This document shows positions 27,901 to 42,600 of a stretch of 64,000 nucleotides of DNA, piece after piece. The first letter of the stretch is position 1; the number at the start of each line of letters is the position of its first letter. A program made the translations under genes and the position numbers. The DNA is from Euglena gracilis (Eukaryota). The stretch is taken from positions 26,300,954-26,364,953 of the forward strand of contig CP154954.1 in the NCBI GenBank assembly GCA_039621445.1, given 5' to 3'. The notes below the pieces were generated by a model that saw nothing but the letters and a program-made list of their open reading frames with translations, was not told the origin of the DNA and made no database searches.

Positions 27901-30900
27901 AAAAAGACCCTGAACTTTTGAGAAAGCAATTTTTTGTCCCCAATCAAGGTGATAACACCAAGCGTTGAAGTGGGATAAAAGCCATGTTTTCAGAAAGAAA
28001 ACCCAGACCAATGGAAGAATTTCGTATTAATATGTTTGTTTTAGTTAGTTTGGTGGCCCTCTGGGCTTTGCTGGTTTTAATGTGACTTTTTGCCATCATT
28101 GCATACATACATCTCTTTAAGGACCCCCGGGGGGGGGGTTGCTGGGCTAGGGCTAGAATATTGGGTTGCTAGAAACCTGGCATAGCTGCCCCCCCTTTCT
28201 TCCCGCGGGGGGGGGGGGGGTGGACCCCCCCCAAGGACCCGAAACTCCATGGACTGGAAATCGGAAAAATGCCCAAAAAATACCTGCAAGACACAGTTTG
28301 AATATAATGACGCTGAAACCCCCCAAAAAGGCCCCAAACGCCCCCCCAAACCACTGCATGCTGTATATGGCTTCCACAATGCTGCATGTGCCACATTAGA
28401 TACCTCGTGCTGTGCATTGGGTTTGTGCTAACTTAACAAGATTTAAACAAGCCCTCTTGTGCATACATTTTTAAATGTATTTTTCAATTTTTATCACTGG
28501 AACATGCATTCAGCTTACCTCTAACGTGCATGGCTAGCAGGGCTAGCAGCACCCCCCCCGGGGGGGGGGTGCTGCTGCGGCTGGGCTGGGCCCAAATCGG
28601 GGCTGGCTGCAGCCGCCCCCCCCGGGGGGGGGGGGTTCGCAAAACCTTAGAGAGATGTATGATTGCATAGTGTGCATTTGCAACTTCACATATGTGTGTG
28701 CAAACATGTTCGGGTCCATGTCCATCTCTTTTTTCCAACAGTATTGGCAGCCTCATACTGCTGGGACCCCCAAGGACCAACTCCCAATGTTATGGGGGTT
28801 AATAGTATGAAGCTGCCACAATGCTACATGTGCACACATTAGATACCTCGTTGCTGCATTGGGTTTGTGCTAATGAAGATTTAACAAAGCCCTCTTGTGC
28901 ACCCATTTTTATGTATTTTCAAATTCTTATCACTGGAACAGGCATTCAGTTCCTCTAACGTGCATTATTGAATTTTACAATCTGGAGGGTGGCTCCACCC
29001 CCCCCCCCCCCCCCGCCTGTACTGAGTGGTACCCCCCCCAGAGGGGTTCCTCTATTTATGGCACAATGCATGGAAAAAAATTTTTGACCCAGATCGAACC
29101 CTGGGGGAGCTTCAAAAATAAAATACTCCCCTTCTGATGCAGTCATTGTGCATTGGTGTCCGTCAGGGAGTGGCGGGGACACATTCTGCGTAAGGATGAC
29201 TCCAGGGAGGCGAAAGGTCCCCTGCAGGGCACTTTTGAAGCCAGGCACGCTGACTGTTCTCCCGGCGGCCAAACCTTTGTTCAAGCTTCTGCCTGTCTGT
29301 TGGGTCCAGCAGAACATTTCGAGAGTATTTCCTCGGGATGCTCTCCCATGCCCCCACCCCAACCCTGACGCCGTCCACCACACCGTCCACCACGCCCACG
29401 GCCACCCCCTCGGCAACACCCACCGCCACACCCTCAGCGACGCCGTCCGCCACCCCCACCGCCACGCCCTCGGCCACACCGTCCGCCACGCCTACCGCCA
29501 CCCCGTCCGCCACCCCCACGGCCACACCCTCAGCCACGCCGTCCGCCACGCCCAGCGCCACGCCGTCTGCGACGCCCAGTCCCACCCCGACCGCCACGCC
29601 CTCCGCGACTCCTACGGCCACGCCGTCCACTTTTCAGGGCCCCAACCTCCCCCGGGTGCCATTCTCGTTGTCAGATCTCTCCCTTTCACAAAGCTTCAGT
29701 CACTCTGCATTTTGTCCGTCCTTCCCTGCTAACCTCCAGTTGAAGCATAGTATTGTTTCTTCGGAGGTCGGTGCTCTGCCCCCACCCCAACCAACACGCC
29801 CTCTGCAACCCCATCCAGTACCCCTACAAGCACCCCGTCCGCCACCCCAACCGCTACCCCAACCGCCAGTCCCTCCGCCACACCCACAGACACGCCGACC
29901 AGCACCCCATCGGGCACCCCAACCACCACCCCAACCGCCACCCCAACCCTGACACCAACGGCCACCCCGTCCGCCACCCCAACAAGTACCCCGTCCGCGA
30001 CCCCCTCCGGCACGCCAACTGCCACGCCGTCCGCCACACCGTCCGGAACCCTGTCGGCCACCCCATCCGCCACGCCCACCGTCACCCCCTCGACCACCCC
30101 CTCCGGCACCCCCACCACCACTCTGTCGGCCACTCCCACTGGCACGCCGTCTGCCACACTGTCCAGTACTCTATCCGCCACCCCAACGGCCACCCTGACT
30201 GACACCCCCTCCGCCACCCCACACAGGGGGCCGCCGCCAGCACGGTAGCCTCCGGCTCCCGTTCATAGTGTACAGCAGTCTGTAGCCGACAAAGCGCGGG
30301 GGATAAGGAAGTACCTCCCCCCTTTTCCAACAACCGGCCTTCTCCAACGACCCCCCCGGTCAATAGCGGTCTTTTTCCAGGTGATCTTTTTTTCACCGGT
30401 TGTTTTCTTTTTTCTTTTTTTCCACCACATTTTGTTTCGACCTCGGTCTTGTCTAACGACCACCCCCCGGTCAGTAGCGATATTTAGTGGTCGTTGGACA
30501 ACCACCAATAGCGTTTTTTTTTTGGCCAGCGAGAAGTTACCTCTCGACCCATGAACCCCCAAACTGACCAAATATAAGTAAGCAAGTAAGTAAGTAAGTA
30601 AATAAGTAAGTAAATAAGTAAGTAAGTAAATAAATAAATAACACCCTCAAATATAACCCCCCACCAAATGTGAAAAACCCCCTTGTCACGTTGGAAATTT
30701 ATCATCTACACACCAATGATCTTGTGACTGGAGTCTGATGGCAACACAAACAAGGGGGGTTATATTGTAAAGGGCATTGCATTTGCCCTGACACAAGAAC
30801 AGGGACTAAAAAAGAAATATGTGTACACCATTCGGCCCCCTCATGTTGCCATTTCAGTCAATTTCAGCCTGGTACAAAAAAAGCACCCAAAATGGCAGTT

Positions 30901-32224
30901 CGAAGACGGCCATGTCACTGCTGAAAATGAAATCTCCTGTGCTTTTTTGCCTTGATGCAAAAGATTGGACCAAAACAAATTTTTTTGCTCATTCAACCTT
31001 GGGACCAATCATCTTCAATACCCAGTCCATTGTTTGTGTGGGCGAAGTTGGTGGGGGAATTCTTGGGGAAAAAAAACCCTTTTCTTCACAAAATTTGCTG
31101 GTTCTCAAATGTCTGGCAAAAGGCAGCGTCTTTTTGTTTGTTTTCCTGGTCGACCAAAAATTGTGAACCATTTTTTTGCCTGAAATCCGACACCCAAAAG
31201 GGTCGTCCTATCCCACCCCTCCCCTTCCTTCTTGTAAGGTGTCACCTGGTTTCTGGTAGCGGATCTCTAATTACTTTTATGGGCAGATGTAAGACCCCAT
31301 CGTGGCCGCTGCAACGACCTTCGCAATCTTTTTTTTATAACCTCCCCACCCACATCGCTGCCATGTCGGTCCCCCCATTTTGAGAGAGGCTCCATTGGTT
31401 GGTTGGTTGGTCAACCAAACGGACAGGCCGCTTTCCCCTGCCTCCGACCTCCACATCGACCGTTTCCCCGACCCCCACCGACACGGCATCCACCACCGAC
31501 ACCGCCACCCCAACCTCGACCCCGACCCCCAGCGCTTCTGCCACCGCAACGCCCACCTCCACCCCCTCCGAGACGGACACCGCCACTCCAACCGCCACCG
31601 AGTCCCCCACCCCCACTCCAAGGGGCGCGGCGCTTGGGACAGGAGTCCCCCCAGCAAGCACCTTTCTGGGTGGTGGGCGGGGGGGCATTGCGTGGCGTGG
31701 CGCTCCCGCTGACTCGCACCACCACATTGACCGCAACACCGTCGGCCACCGGCACCCCTACGCCCACTGCCACTCCCACCGAGACACTGACACCCACCGG
31801 CACCGACACGCAGACGCCGACTGACACCTCGAGCCGGACCGGCACCGGCACCCGAACCCGCACCATCACTTCCACGCCGACCCCCACCGGCACACCAACT
31901 GCCACCCAAACCCCAACAGTGACCCCGAGCCGTAGCAAGACCATCTCGGGCACCCCGACGCCCACCACCAGCGCCACCCCGACCAAGACCCGCACGCGGA
32001 GCCAGACCCCCACCATCACCGTGACCCGGTCCCGGACCATGTCCCCCACCCCGTCCTACACCGTCACCAGCACGCCGACGGCGACGCCCACCAGGACCAG
32101 CACCATCACCCCGACCTCGACCACGACGAGTACTGCAACAACGACGCGGTCTTCGACAGCCACTCGCACCAGAACTTGGACAAGTGTGTGTGTAAGTGTG
32201 GTTGGGTGGGTGGGTTGGTTTGTC

Positions 32225-32266
<42 letters not shown>

Positions 32267-35200
32267 CGCGCGCGAGTGTGGTGCACGCTTTTTTTTGCGC
32301 GCCTATGGATAACAAGTGCACGTTGTGAATTCAGATGCACCGTGTGTTAAAATCAATATGGTGTACATATCTGTATGTCTGTCTTTATATTTTGTATGTT
32401 TGGACAACAGAAGTTCACATAACCCCCCCCAAACAACACCCCCCCCCCCCGTGTGTTATTTGGGCACCCGAACTGGGGCCCCAGGGGGGGGGGTGTTATT
32501 TGGGGGGGGTGCTATTTTCACATGTAAAACCAAAGGAAAACAGGGGGGGTGTTATTTGGGCGAATCGGCCCCCGAGGGGGGTGGTGTGTTATTTGGGGGG
32601 GGGGGGTTGTTTGGTAGGGGGTTTACTCAATGTCATTTTTTTGAGTGAGGCATTTGCTCAGGATCTCATTGGACAGATCGCCTCCAGTTCTGGATTTCAG
32701 TGAGAGATTACCCAGTGTAGATTTCTTTATCCCTCCCCAGAAGTTGAAGAAGCCCGCACCAGCTCATTTGGTGATTATTTTGAAGTTCATATTTTTATTT
32801 TTCTTTGAATGTGAGAAATAATGGCGATGCCCCTACAACGCTTTTGCGTCAAAAGTTGCAGCATATGATGACGATGGCTGGCTGCCCAGCAAGGCGCAGG
32901 TGAATCCTCAAGAGGTAACCCTTGGTCATAGCTTCCTTTCTCCATGGCAAGATGGCAAGGGCTTCCTTTTCACATGACGAGTTTTTTTTTTCTGCAGAGG
33001 TTGTATTTTATGTTTGACTGAGTCAACATTTATATTTGTGCCCATGGGTTGTGGTTTTTACATGAAGACAGGGAGTGAGCTGGTGGAGGAGAGTAGGGAA
33101 AGAAAGCAGACATAAACCTCACTTTCAGCTTTCTGGGCAAAGGAACATTGCCCTTTGAAATAGTTCTTGTGGAAGGCAGGCGCAAAACACTGAAAACGTT
33201 GGCACACATACACAAAATAACCGTCATTTGACCCCTTGGAAAAGGCACCGGTTGCCGAGGCTTTTAAGACCTTCAACGCCTTTCCTTTTTGCGCATTTGT
33301 GCTGCTGTTGGTCCCAGGGCGGCGGGTGATGGGAGTGTATTGTTTTTTGGGGGCATGTGTCTGTTTAGTTCAAAGACCCCCCGGGGGGGGTGGCCTGGGC
33401 CGGATCCCCATGGGCCCCGGAGGCCTGGGTGTGGGTTTTGGTGCAAAGCACCAAAGGTTTTTTTTTGGGAAATGCCCTTAGGCAGCCCGATCTTTTGAAG
33501 GGTCCCCCCAGGAGAGTCCGACGGTTGGGGGTCCAAAAAAAAACCTGGGGAGGGGCGGTGGTTTCTCGCTGGTGGCCGATTTCCTCCCGTTCTGTGCCTC
33601 CATCCCCGCTGCCGGGGCCACTCGTTTCTCTCCAGCCACGCAGACGTTCATCCCGACGTACACGCCGACCCTGTCCCAGTCCCGTACCCCGACTCGCACC
33701 CGTAGCGCGACCATCACCCGCTCCGTGACGACCACCCGCAGCGCCACGCTCACCGCCACCTCGTCCTCCACCCGCTCCACCTCCATCACCTCCACCGCCA
33801 CTCCCAGTACAACGTCCAGGCTGGCTCGTCTGTGTCCTCGGGATGTGTGCCCAGGGGAGTTGCATTTGCTTTTTTCTTGCACCTTGGTGAGAAGATTTTG
33901 AAGGGAATCGGGTGCGCATTTGTCTGGATCTCTGCCAGCCAAGTTTGGGTATCTCACCACACATATGAAGTGAACAACAAACATTTCCCAAAAAAAACAA
34001 AGTCCAAAGTACAACTGGAGCCATGAATTGCTGGATATTCTGTCGGAAGTCGCTGGATGCATCGGGGCGCCAGAAAATTTTTATCTTACCTCCCCCCCCC
34101 CCCGGGAAACTGTCATGCCCGAGAACCTGTCAGGGTCCCGCCCGGGAAACTGTCAGGGTCCCCGGTACCGGCCAACCTGTCAGTATAGGAAGTTGTCAGG
34201 GTCCCCAGTACTGGCCAACCTGTCAGGTGACAGTTTCCCGGAGGGGGGGGGGTAGGTATTTAAAAATGAACCTGGCCATAAGGTTTTTGTGAGTGGCATA
34301 GCTGCTGCCAATCCGGCATGTTACGGCATGGATAGATGGAGGTGGCGGCGGGGCCGGCATGAGCACCGAGTACCACAGCAAGGCGGCTGGGCACGGACAC
34401 CCACAAAACATGCATTTGCAGTGGGCAGGGGGGAGTGTCCCATGCTGTGCCGGGTGTGTGGAGAGAAACCCCGCAGGGTCTTAATAAGTGGCCTGGTCCG
34501 AACGTTGTCCCACACACATTGTCGCTGACATTTTGATAAATGACTAGTTTTGTGCCTGACCAAAAATTTTTGCACCCAAAGTCCCAAAGTTGTCCAAATG
34601 TTCATTTTGGGGCACAACTCTGTCAAAAATGCCGAAAAATTTCTGGGATGAAGTGCCTGAATGAATAATTTGACCTTGGGGGAGTATCGTCGCAAAGCCG
34701 GAGGGTACCCATCCCTCCGGGTCCCAATCATGTGGTGGAGGAGGTTAGGTGGTAGGGGCTGTGGACCCCCTGGATGTGTGAGGGGGGTCTGGACTGGGCC
34801 AGAAGCAAATTTAGTGCCGGCCATAAACAGACAAGGCTTACCAAGAAGCCTTAGTGCAACTGAGGGGGTCGGACCCCCCCCCCACCCTGCGCGCTAGAAA
34901 ATGCAAAAAAACGCCTTTTTTTCATCACCTTTGAGCATGTTACTCATTTTTTTTTGATGTTTTGGTGTTTTTCGTCTAGAAAAAATGTTCAAACTTTTCA
35001 AAAAATGAGCATTTTTGGATTCATTCTCAAAGAAAAACCAGGGACTTTTGAACAATTTTGGTCTGTTTTCCAGCTCTTTGCCCGTCTATAAAGCCAAGAA
35101 TTTTCCTGCCCCCATCAATTTCGAGGTAGGAGGTGGGGGTCTGCCCTCCCCCCCCCTTCGTGTCGGGAGGGGGTCCGACCCTCCCCCAAGGCTTCCCATC

Positions 35201-36544
35201 TATCCCTGTCGGGGGGGGGGGTCCAGCCAGCCAGCAGCCTTTTTCCAGTGTTTGCCCAAGAAAGCGGCCAATTACGCAAAAAAAACAACAACAACCGTTT
35301 TTAACTCCAAAATCAACGCCCTGGGAAGCACAAGTTGGGAGTTTGTTGCTCCGGACTGCCTTCCCCCATGGTCAGGGGGGCACCCCCCCACCCCAGACAT
35401 CCTCCTCATATAGAATGCCAGCGACAGGACGGTTTCCAAAAACACGCGCTACAGGGCTCCCCAAAGGTCTTTGTGGTTTGTGAACCCGAAGCTTGAGGAC
35501 GGCTTTGTGCTCACTGGCGACGATGTGTGGGGGGGAACTGTCCTCCCCCCCGGAGCACATGGGGGGCCTCATTCTGAACCCTGCCTGCCGCCAATGCGTG
35601 TTTTTTTTTGTACGTGTTCATGTCCAGCCGTCTTGCTGTGGTGCTTGGTGCTCGTGACAGCACAATTGAAGCCCCATCCTTCAGGTGGTGTGATCCATTT
35701 CATAGCCTCAAACCTTTTGGTCATTTCCGGCTTCGCAGCTCACCGGAAACTTCCGGCTGGGTTTGATCTTTAAGGCGTCTTGCTATGCCCAACAGAGTAT
35801 TCATGGCCCCAACCGTGTTTCCTCCGTGTCCCAAAGCAATGGGTGTGCCGTCTGGTGGAAAACCTTGAACTCTCTGAAGCATTCCTCCGAACCTGTGCCA
35901 ATAAAATTATGATATTGCATGAAGGAAAACAGCCCAAGACATGTTGGGAGGATCTCCCTCCCGGTCCCAAAATTGCGTCAAAGCCTGAAAGGCCTTGCCA
36001 CACCGTGACAGATTTCCAAGTTTTGCCTCAATATAATGCGATATTTTCAGAGAACTTGTTTTCTGCGTTGGTCTTCCTTGACAACAGAAGACAGAGAAGA
36101 GGCTACTTTGTGGGGCACATCCACCCCCAGTGGTTGAAAATCTTGAAATCATCCAAAAGGTCATGCAATCAAGGGTCATTTCAAGACATTGGAAAGACAT
36201 TGGAAACTAAATGCAAAGGTTTATCATTTGGGGATGCTGACACAAGGTGTGCTGGGGGGTGTGCCACAGAGTGTGCGGCACACTCTGTGGCTGACCGGGA
36301 GGCAGATACAAAAAAAAAAAAAAACAAAAAAAAAAAAAAAAAAAAAAAAACTAATAAAAAAATAAAAAAAAAAACACAAAAAAAAAAAAAAAAAAAAAAA
36401 CATATAAAAATAAAAAATTTATAAAACCAAATTAAAAAAAATCAACAAAATCAAAAAAAAAAAAAAAAAAAAAAAAACAAAAAAAAAAACAAAAAAAAAA
36501 ATAAAAAAAAACAAAAAAAATAAAAAAAACAAATAATAAAAAAA

Positions 36545-36618
<74 letters not shown>

Positions 36619-39600
36619 AAAAAAAAAAAAAAAAAACTTAAAAAAAAAAAAAAAAAAAACAACTAATGCAAAGGTTTATCATTTGGGGGATGCTGACCAC
36701 AAGGTGTGTTCCGGATTCGTCCGATCCTTCTCGGCTTTTGCTTGAAGATTAAAGCAGCTTTTTTTTCAATCATTTGAAAAGGCACAAAGGCTAACCCACT
36801 AATTAATGACGCCAAATTCTATGCTTCGTGTTGCGCTTTGTTGCGGAGCTTCGCGTTTCACGTTGCACATTTCAACCGCGTTTTCCGTCAACGGGCCGGC
36901 CACTTCAGGCCATGCCCTTGTGAGGGTTGTCGTCGGCGCCCGCCTGCCCCCGACCACCGCCACCCTGACCGACACCGCCACCATGACTCTGACCGTCGTA
37001 CCCACCACGACCCCCACCCCGACCGCGACCGCCACCGGGACCCACACCCGCAGCGCCACGCCGACCAGCACGGCCACCGGCCTCCTCACCGACACCAACA
37101 CCCCGACTCGCAGCCGGAGCGAGAGCCGCACGTGGACCATCACCGCCAGCGGCACTGCCACGGCCTCGGCGTCCGCCACCGCCACCGCCTCCGCCACTGT
37201 GACCACGCTGTCCTTTTGAGGCCACCACTACACAGAATCGTCGCGTGTTTGATCACAGCGCCGCCAAACTTTTACACAGCGTCCAACCAGCGTGAAGACA
37301 GGTCCATTTGTTGATTCAATTTCTTGTGGCTGGAGAACAGTGGAGCGAGCATTTTGCTCACCAATGGAAAATTTAATCTACAAGATTTCATTTCAATTCA
37401 TGCAACAATGCTTCTGCCTTAGAGAGAGAGAGAGACCAAATCCATTTGAAGGGATTGAGGTTTTGCATACTCCTGCTCCGTTTGAGAAGATTGAAAGGAA
37501 TTTGCAGCGAAAAGAAGTTAAGGTTGACAAGCTCATGACTGTCCCGCACACAAGCTGGAATTCCTCAGAAATCCCCTGGCTGGGGTGCCCCCGCGGGGCT
37601 GTCTGTTTTGTTGTGACCGGTCCGGTTGATCCGAGTTGGTGGAGAAGCTGGCGTGGCGGGCGACCCATACCCCCTCCGCCACCATCACCAGCACCGAGAC
37701 CCCCAGCATCATCCGGCTCAGCGGCATTTCCCCTGGGTTTGTTTGCTCTTCCCTTTGATTTCCCCGCACCTTGTTGCTGGTGTTTTCCGTGCCGTGCCTG
37801 CAGAGGGACTGGGGCCCCAGACTGTCTGTCTGAGGCCTCCCCCACTGTAAACCCCCCCCAAATAACGCACCCCTCGGTGTGTTATTTGGGCACCCGAGCT
37901 GGGGCCCCAGGGGGGGGTGTGTTATTTGGGGGGAGATGTTATTTTTTTCATGGAAAACCAAAGGAAAACAGGGGGGGGGGTGTTATTTGGGCGCTCGAAA
38001 TCGGCCCCCGAGGGGGGGGGGGTGTTATTTGGGAGGGGGGTTTACCTCCCCAGCGGTCGGTGCATAGTTGTTTCCGCAGAAGGGGGCAAAAAATGCCCCT
38101 TGTGCCCCTTGTGCCCTTGGAACAGTGCACTCAGAAAGGAGAACAGTAAACCCCCCAAATAACACCCCCCCAAATAACACCCCCCCCCAAATAACACACC
38201 CCCCCTCGGGGGCCGATTTCGAGCGCCCAAATAACACACCCCTCCTGTTTTCCTTTGGTTTTCCATGTAAAAATAACCCCCCCAAATAACACACCCCCCC
38301 CCCTGGGGCCCCAGTTCGGATGCCCAAATAACACACCGGGGGGGGGGGGGTTATTTGGGGGGGTTTAAAAATGCTCCAGGGGCAGTCTTCTTTAAAACTG
38401 GGACCCCCCCCCCGGCGGGGGTGGGGGCTGGGGGTGGGGGAACATTGGGTCAGAGGGGCTGAGTGGTGGGTGACTCGATGGGCCAGGGGGGTCCTGCCCA
38501 AAGGGATGGTTTGAGCTGAAAGTTATGATGCCCCCCTGGATGGTTCGGGGGTTTCCCTTTGAGGACCGGCTGCTCAGAGCCCCGGATTTTCGATGAAATG
38601 GCCAAAGGCCATGAAAAGGGTTTTTGGACGATGTCTTTCGATGGGGTTTTCTGCGACCCCGTACCCCGGTCCCTCCCATGGCCCACCCCAACCTGGATGG
38701 AGGGGACCCCAGGGGTCTTAAAATTGAAAGGAAAGCTGGCCTCGGGGCTCCGGGGGGGGGGGGGGCGATAAGTTGAACGGGAGAAATGGTGTGGAAAATA
38801 TGGGTGAAATCTTGTCTGGTATTTTTCTGTAGTTTTAAGGATCCGTCCAGGATCTTTCCCTGCAAATTTAAGGAAAGCCTGGTTTCCTCCAGTGAACGCT
38901 CAAAAGATTCCTTTTCCTTTTCCTTTTTCTTTTCCTTTTCTTTTCCTTCGGCGTTTCGAGCCGATTCTTTGGAAGGTGTTTACCCCCCTCCAAATTACCT
39001 GTTCAGAAGGTATTTTGGTCATACAAAATGAAAGAATTTCTCTTCTTTTTTCTTTCTTTCAATTTGGAATTTAGGATTTGACCGATTTTTGAATTTCTAT
39101 TTTGAGAAAACCATGCGATTTTGATGTTAATTCTGAATGCTTTTTCTGAAAAATGGGTTCGCAAGGTTCTTTCGGCAATCACTGTTCCTGGCCATTTTAA
39201 GCCCGCATCCAAGGTTTCCCCCGGATTTCAAGGCTCCTTCCCATGTTTTCCCCGCCAGATTTTTTGCTGTCAGCCAGAGTTGACCTGTCAGCCTATTCCC
39301 CCTCCTCTGCAGCTGTGTCTTGCACTGGACGTGCCCACCGTACGGGCAAATCCGACCGGAGGGCCCACTTGTGGGGGAGGGGCAGCGGGTCGGGTCCCCT
39401 GCTGCGCCGCCGCCCGCAGGAACGGGGCTGTGCTGCCCCGCCAGGGGGCCATCTGGGTGTTCACGTTCGACCGCGCCGTCCAGCTCCGCGGCGGGACCGC
39501 CAACCCCAACGCCCTCGCCCGCCTGTTCATGGGCGGCGTCACGTTCGCGACGTTCCCCGCGACGGACAGCAGTTTCAGCGTCAGCGGCCGAAGCCCAGGC

Positions 39601-42600
39601 AACCCCGTTGGGGACGTTCGTTGCATGCAAACACCCCACACAAAGAAATATTTTATTATTGAACCTTTTACGCTGTAATACCATGTCCCCCCATTATTCT
39701 CCCCGGATGTTCATTTTCCCCCCTGCCTCCCCGTGCCTGAAAAAGTGGGGAGGGGGACTTTCTGGTGTTGCACCGCAGAGCAGCGCAGGGGGATTGCTTA
39801 TCATTGGCACATGCGGTACATGGCTGGCCACAGTTACGAAACAGGAAACGGGGGAAAAGGACAAACAACCAAAAGTGCCTCGCCGTATGTGTCGTTGTAG
39901 TGGGATGTGTGCCCTCAACTGATGAGACGGGTCGAAAGAAAAGAAACAAAACTCGACCAAAAGTTGCACGGAGTGGGGGGCGCCTGCCGCCAGGTAACGT
40001 GGACGTATCCCGGCACGTTGATGGCGGCCGTCACGATGCAGCTGCTGCTGGACGCGGGCTTCGTCGGGGAGGCCGCCAACCGCTCCGGCTACTTCCTCCG
40101 GCCAGGACACCCCTCCCAGGTGGGGGTGGGGAGGTGGTGCGCAGGCGGCATGGCCCGCACACCGAGGCAAGGGTTGGGGTCGGCCAAACTCCAGGTCCAG
40201 CCAAATTCCAAGTTTTATTTTGTCCTGGGCAGACAGCGAACCCGAGCTTGGGGTAGGAGCATGGGGGAGCCGCGGGAAGTGTGGGGGTGTGGGCGGGGTC
40301 ACGTGCGCCAGAGATCCTCAGCGGTTTGCACTGTCCCGTCACCGTCCTGGGGTCTGGTTTGATTGGCGGGCCACCTGTTGGTGGGTTGGTGGTCTGTTGG
40401 GGGAGGGGTCCGACCCCGGGGGAGGGGGGCCCTGCCGCCAGGCCGGCCCGTTCCAGTACGCCACGGAGGGGCTGCCCTTCGACGCCACGGACAACTACAC
40501 CCTGGCCCTGACCAGCCGGGTGGCCGACTTCTCCGCCAGCGCCTTCTGCGCCGTCCTGCAGCAGGTGTGGGGGGGCCGGCGGGGCGGGGCGGCCGGCAGG
40601 GGTGGGGCGGAAGTCAGCCCGCAGCTCACGGTGGGCTGGCTGTCCTGGTCCCTGCCACATGTGCCCCGGTCTAAAAGCCAAACGGCGTTCTGCCATTTTC
40701 CGCGCGCCGCGGTCCACCCCACCCATGTCTGTCTGGGGCCCACACGTCAAGTTGCGTCGTTTGGGGCGGTGTTCTTTTTTCGACTCTCTTGTGAGGAAGG
40801 GGTTGCAGCAGCACCAGGGTAGCAGGAGGGGCATGCTTTTTCTTTGGACTGTTTATTTTGTTGGACCATTGAAATGATGTTCCAGAGAAGTTGTTCATGG
40901 GTGTCTCATAGCCTCCCCCCAAAAATAGGCACCCCCAAAATAAGACCCCTCCCCAAATAAGACACCTCTGGGCCGATCGAGCAAAAATACAAATATTAGA
41001 CCCCCATACATAAGACCCCCCCCCTGACGGCGAGCGCCGGGTACAGTGAATTTTTTTGAATTTTTTTTTTCATTTTTCACCTGAAAAAGTACCCAAACCC
41101 CAATTTCATACACAAAAATGGCGAAATTATGAAAATTTTCGGATTTTTGAAGTGAAAAAAAACATGGGAAATCTCAACATGTACCAATTTACACGTGGCG
41201 CGAAGCGCCAGAAAATATAACTGTTTTTGGGAACCTGAGGAATAATGCTTTTTTTCGGTCCAGGTCGGTCCAGAAAAAATAGGACCTCCTCTGGAGGTTT
41301 CCAGCAACGGACCCAAAAGTAGGACCCGGGTCTTATTTTTTTTGGTGGGGTTATCTTCTGGGGTTAAAAGTTAAAATGAACACAGAATGTTATAATATGT
41401 TGTATGTTTTTCATTATTCACAATACACCGTACAAGATTACAATTATTTTAAACATACATTTTATGATAAAGAAAATAATGGAAAATGAAAATTAAAGTT
41501 AGCAAAGACAAAAACCCTCACAGGGGTTGCATAGGGACTGAAACCTTTATGTGCATTCCCCAAAAAAACGCCTGCTTTTCAGAGGGCTGTCTTTTGGGTG
41601 GGAAAGTTTGCATCCCTTTTGCGAATGGCTGTTTTGATTTGAGGGCATTTGTAGATTATTTACTTCCCCTTCCCAGTTCCGGGCCAAAGGTCTCAACAAT
41701 TCGAGAATTCGGAAGATGGATGCTCTCGTTGAGTCCCCCTGTCTTCATCCTCGGTCATCGGCACTGATCCGTTAGCCCTTTTTGAGGCAGTATGGTGTGG
41801 GCTGTGTTTGCAATGGGAATATCCTGGCTGTTATGCTTTCCTCAATTACCTTTAGGAGGGTGCTAATGCGTTGCTCACGCTTAGTGTGTTGCCAATACCT
41901 TTGACAAAATAAATAAAAATAAATAAATAGATAAATTAAAAATATATTTTTAATAATAGTGATCTCGCAGGGCCCAGTGTGTTTCTCATTTTCCAATGGG
42001 GGCCCCCAAAACGAGGCCGGGGATGCCCCCACTGGAATTTCGACCTCCCTCTGCAGCAATCCACAACACACAAAGAAAGGCAGCAACAGTATTTTGACTG
42101 TTTGTTTGTTATTTTGACAGTTGAAGCGCTTCAACTGCATCGCCATTTGAAGTGAAGCCCACTGTCAACCCCGGTTGCAACCCTGGAAAGAGGCTAAACC
42201 CCCTCCCCCTAAAAGTGCTGCGGGGCCAATGGAGCTGCAGGTCCAAGTAGTGCTGCACCCCCCCCCCCGCCGGATGAAGCGAGTGTCCAATAGTGCTGCA
42301 CCCCCCAAAACATAGCAATGTGAAATGCGTAGGAGATGCACAAGGCATGACACGTTATGCCTTGTGCATCTGCATTTGTCGCGTGACACTGCTGAAGCGG
42401 AAGCAGGCCAATCAAATAGGCTGGGGGCACCGGAGTGCACCTCGCTAGCCTCAGAGTCGGACAGTGAGCAGGCAAAAAGGGTGCCTGTGGTGATAGGCCA
42501 GGACCAAGAGGCACCCAGTCCAACAGCAACCCCCCCCCACTTATAAACCCGCTGGGGCTTATAGGATCCGGTTTGGTTGGTCAGCCGAAGGGGGAGGTTT

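Noticed and set aside
280-30217. Minus-strand ORFs with [13 protein letters not shown] repeats and + strand Pro/Arg/His-rich ORFs
   Set aside because: These are shadow frames of the TPSA exons. Splice-type borders and frame continuity support only the + strand TPSA frame.
302-30220. CRISPR-like repeat-spacer array
   Set aside because: The repeats are coding exons of variable length separated by kb-scale introns. There are no cas genes and the context is eukaryotic.
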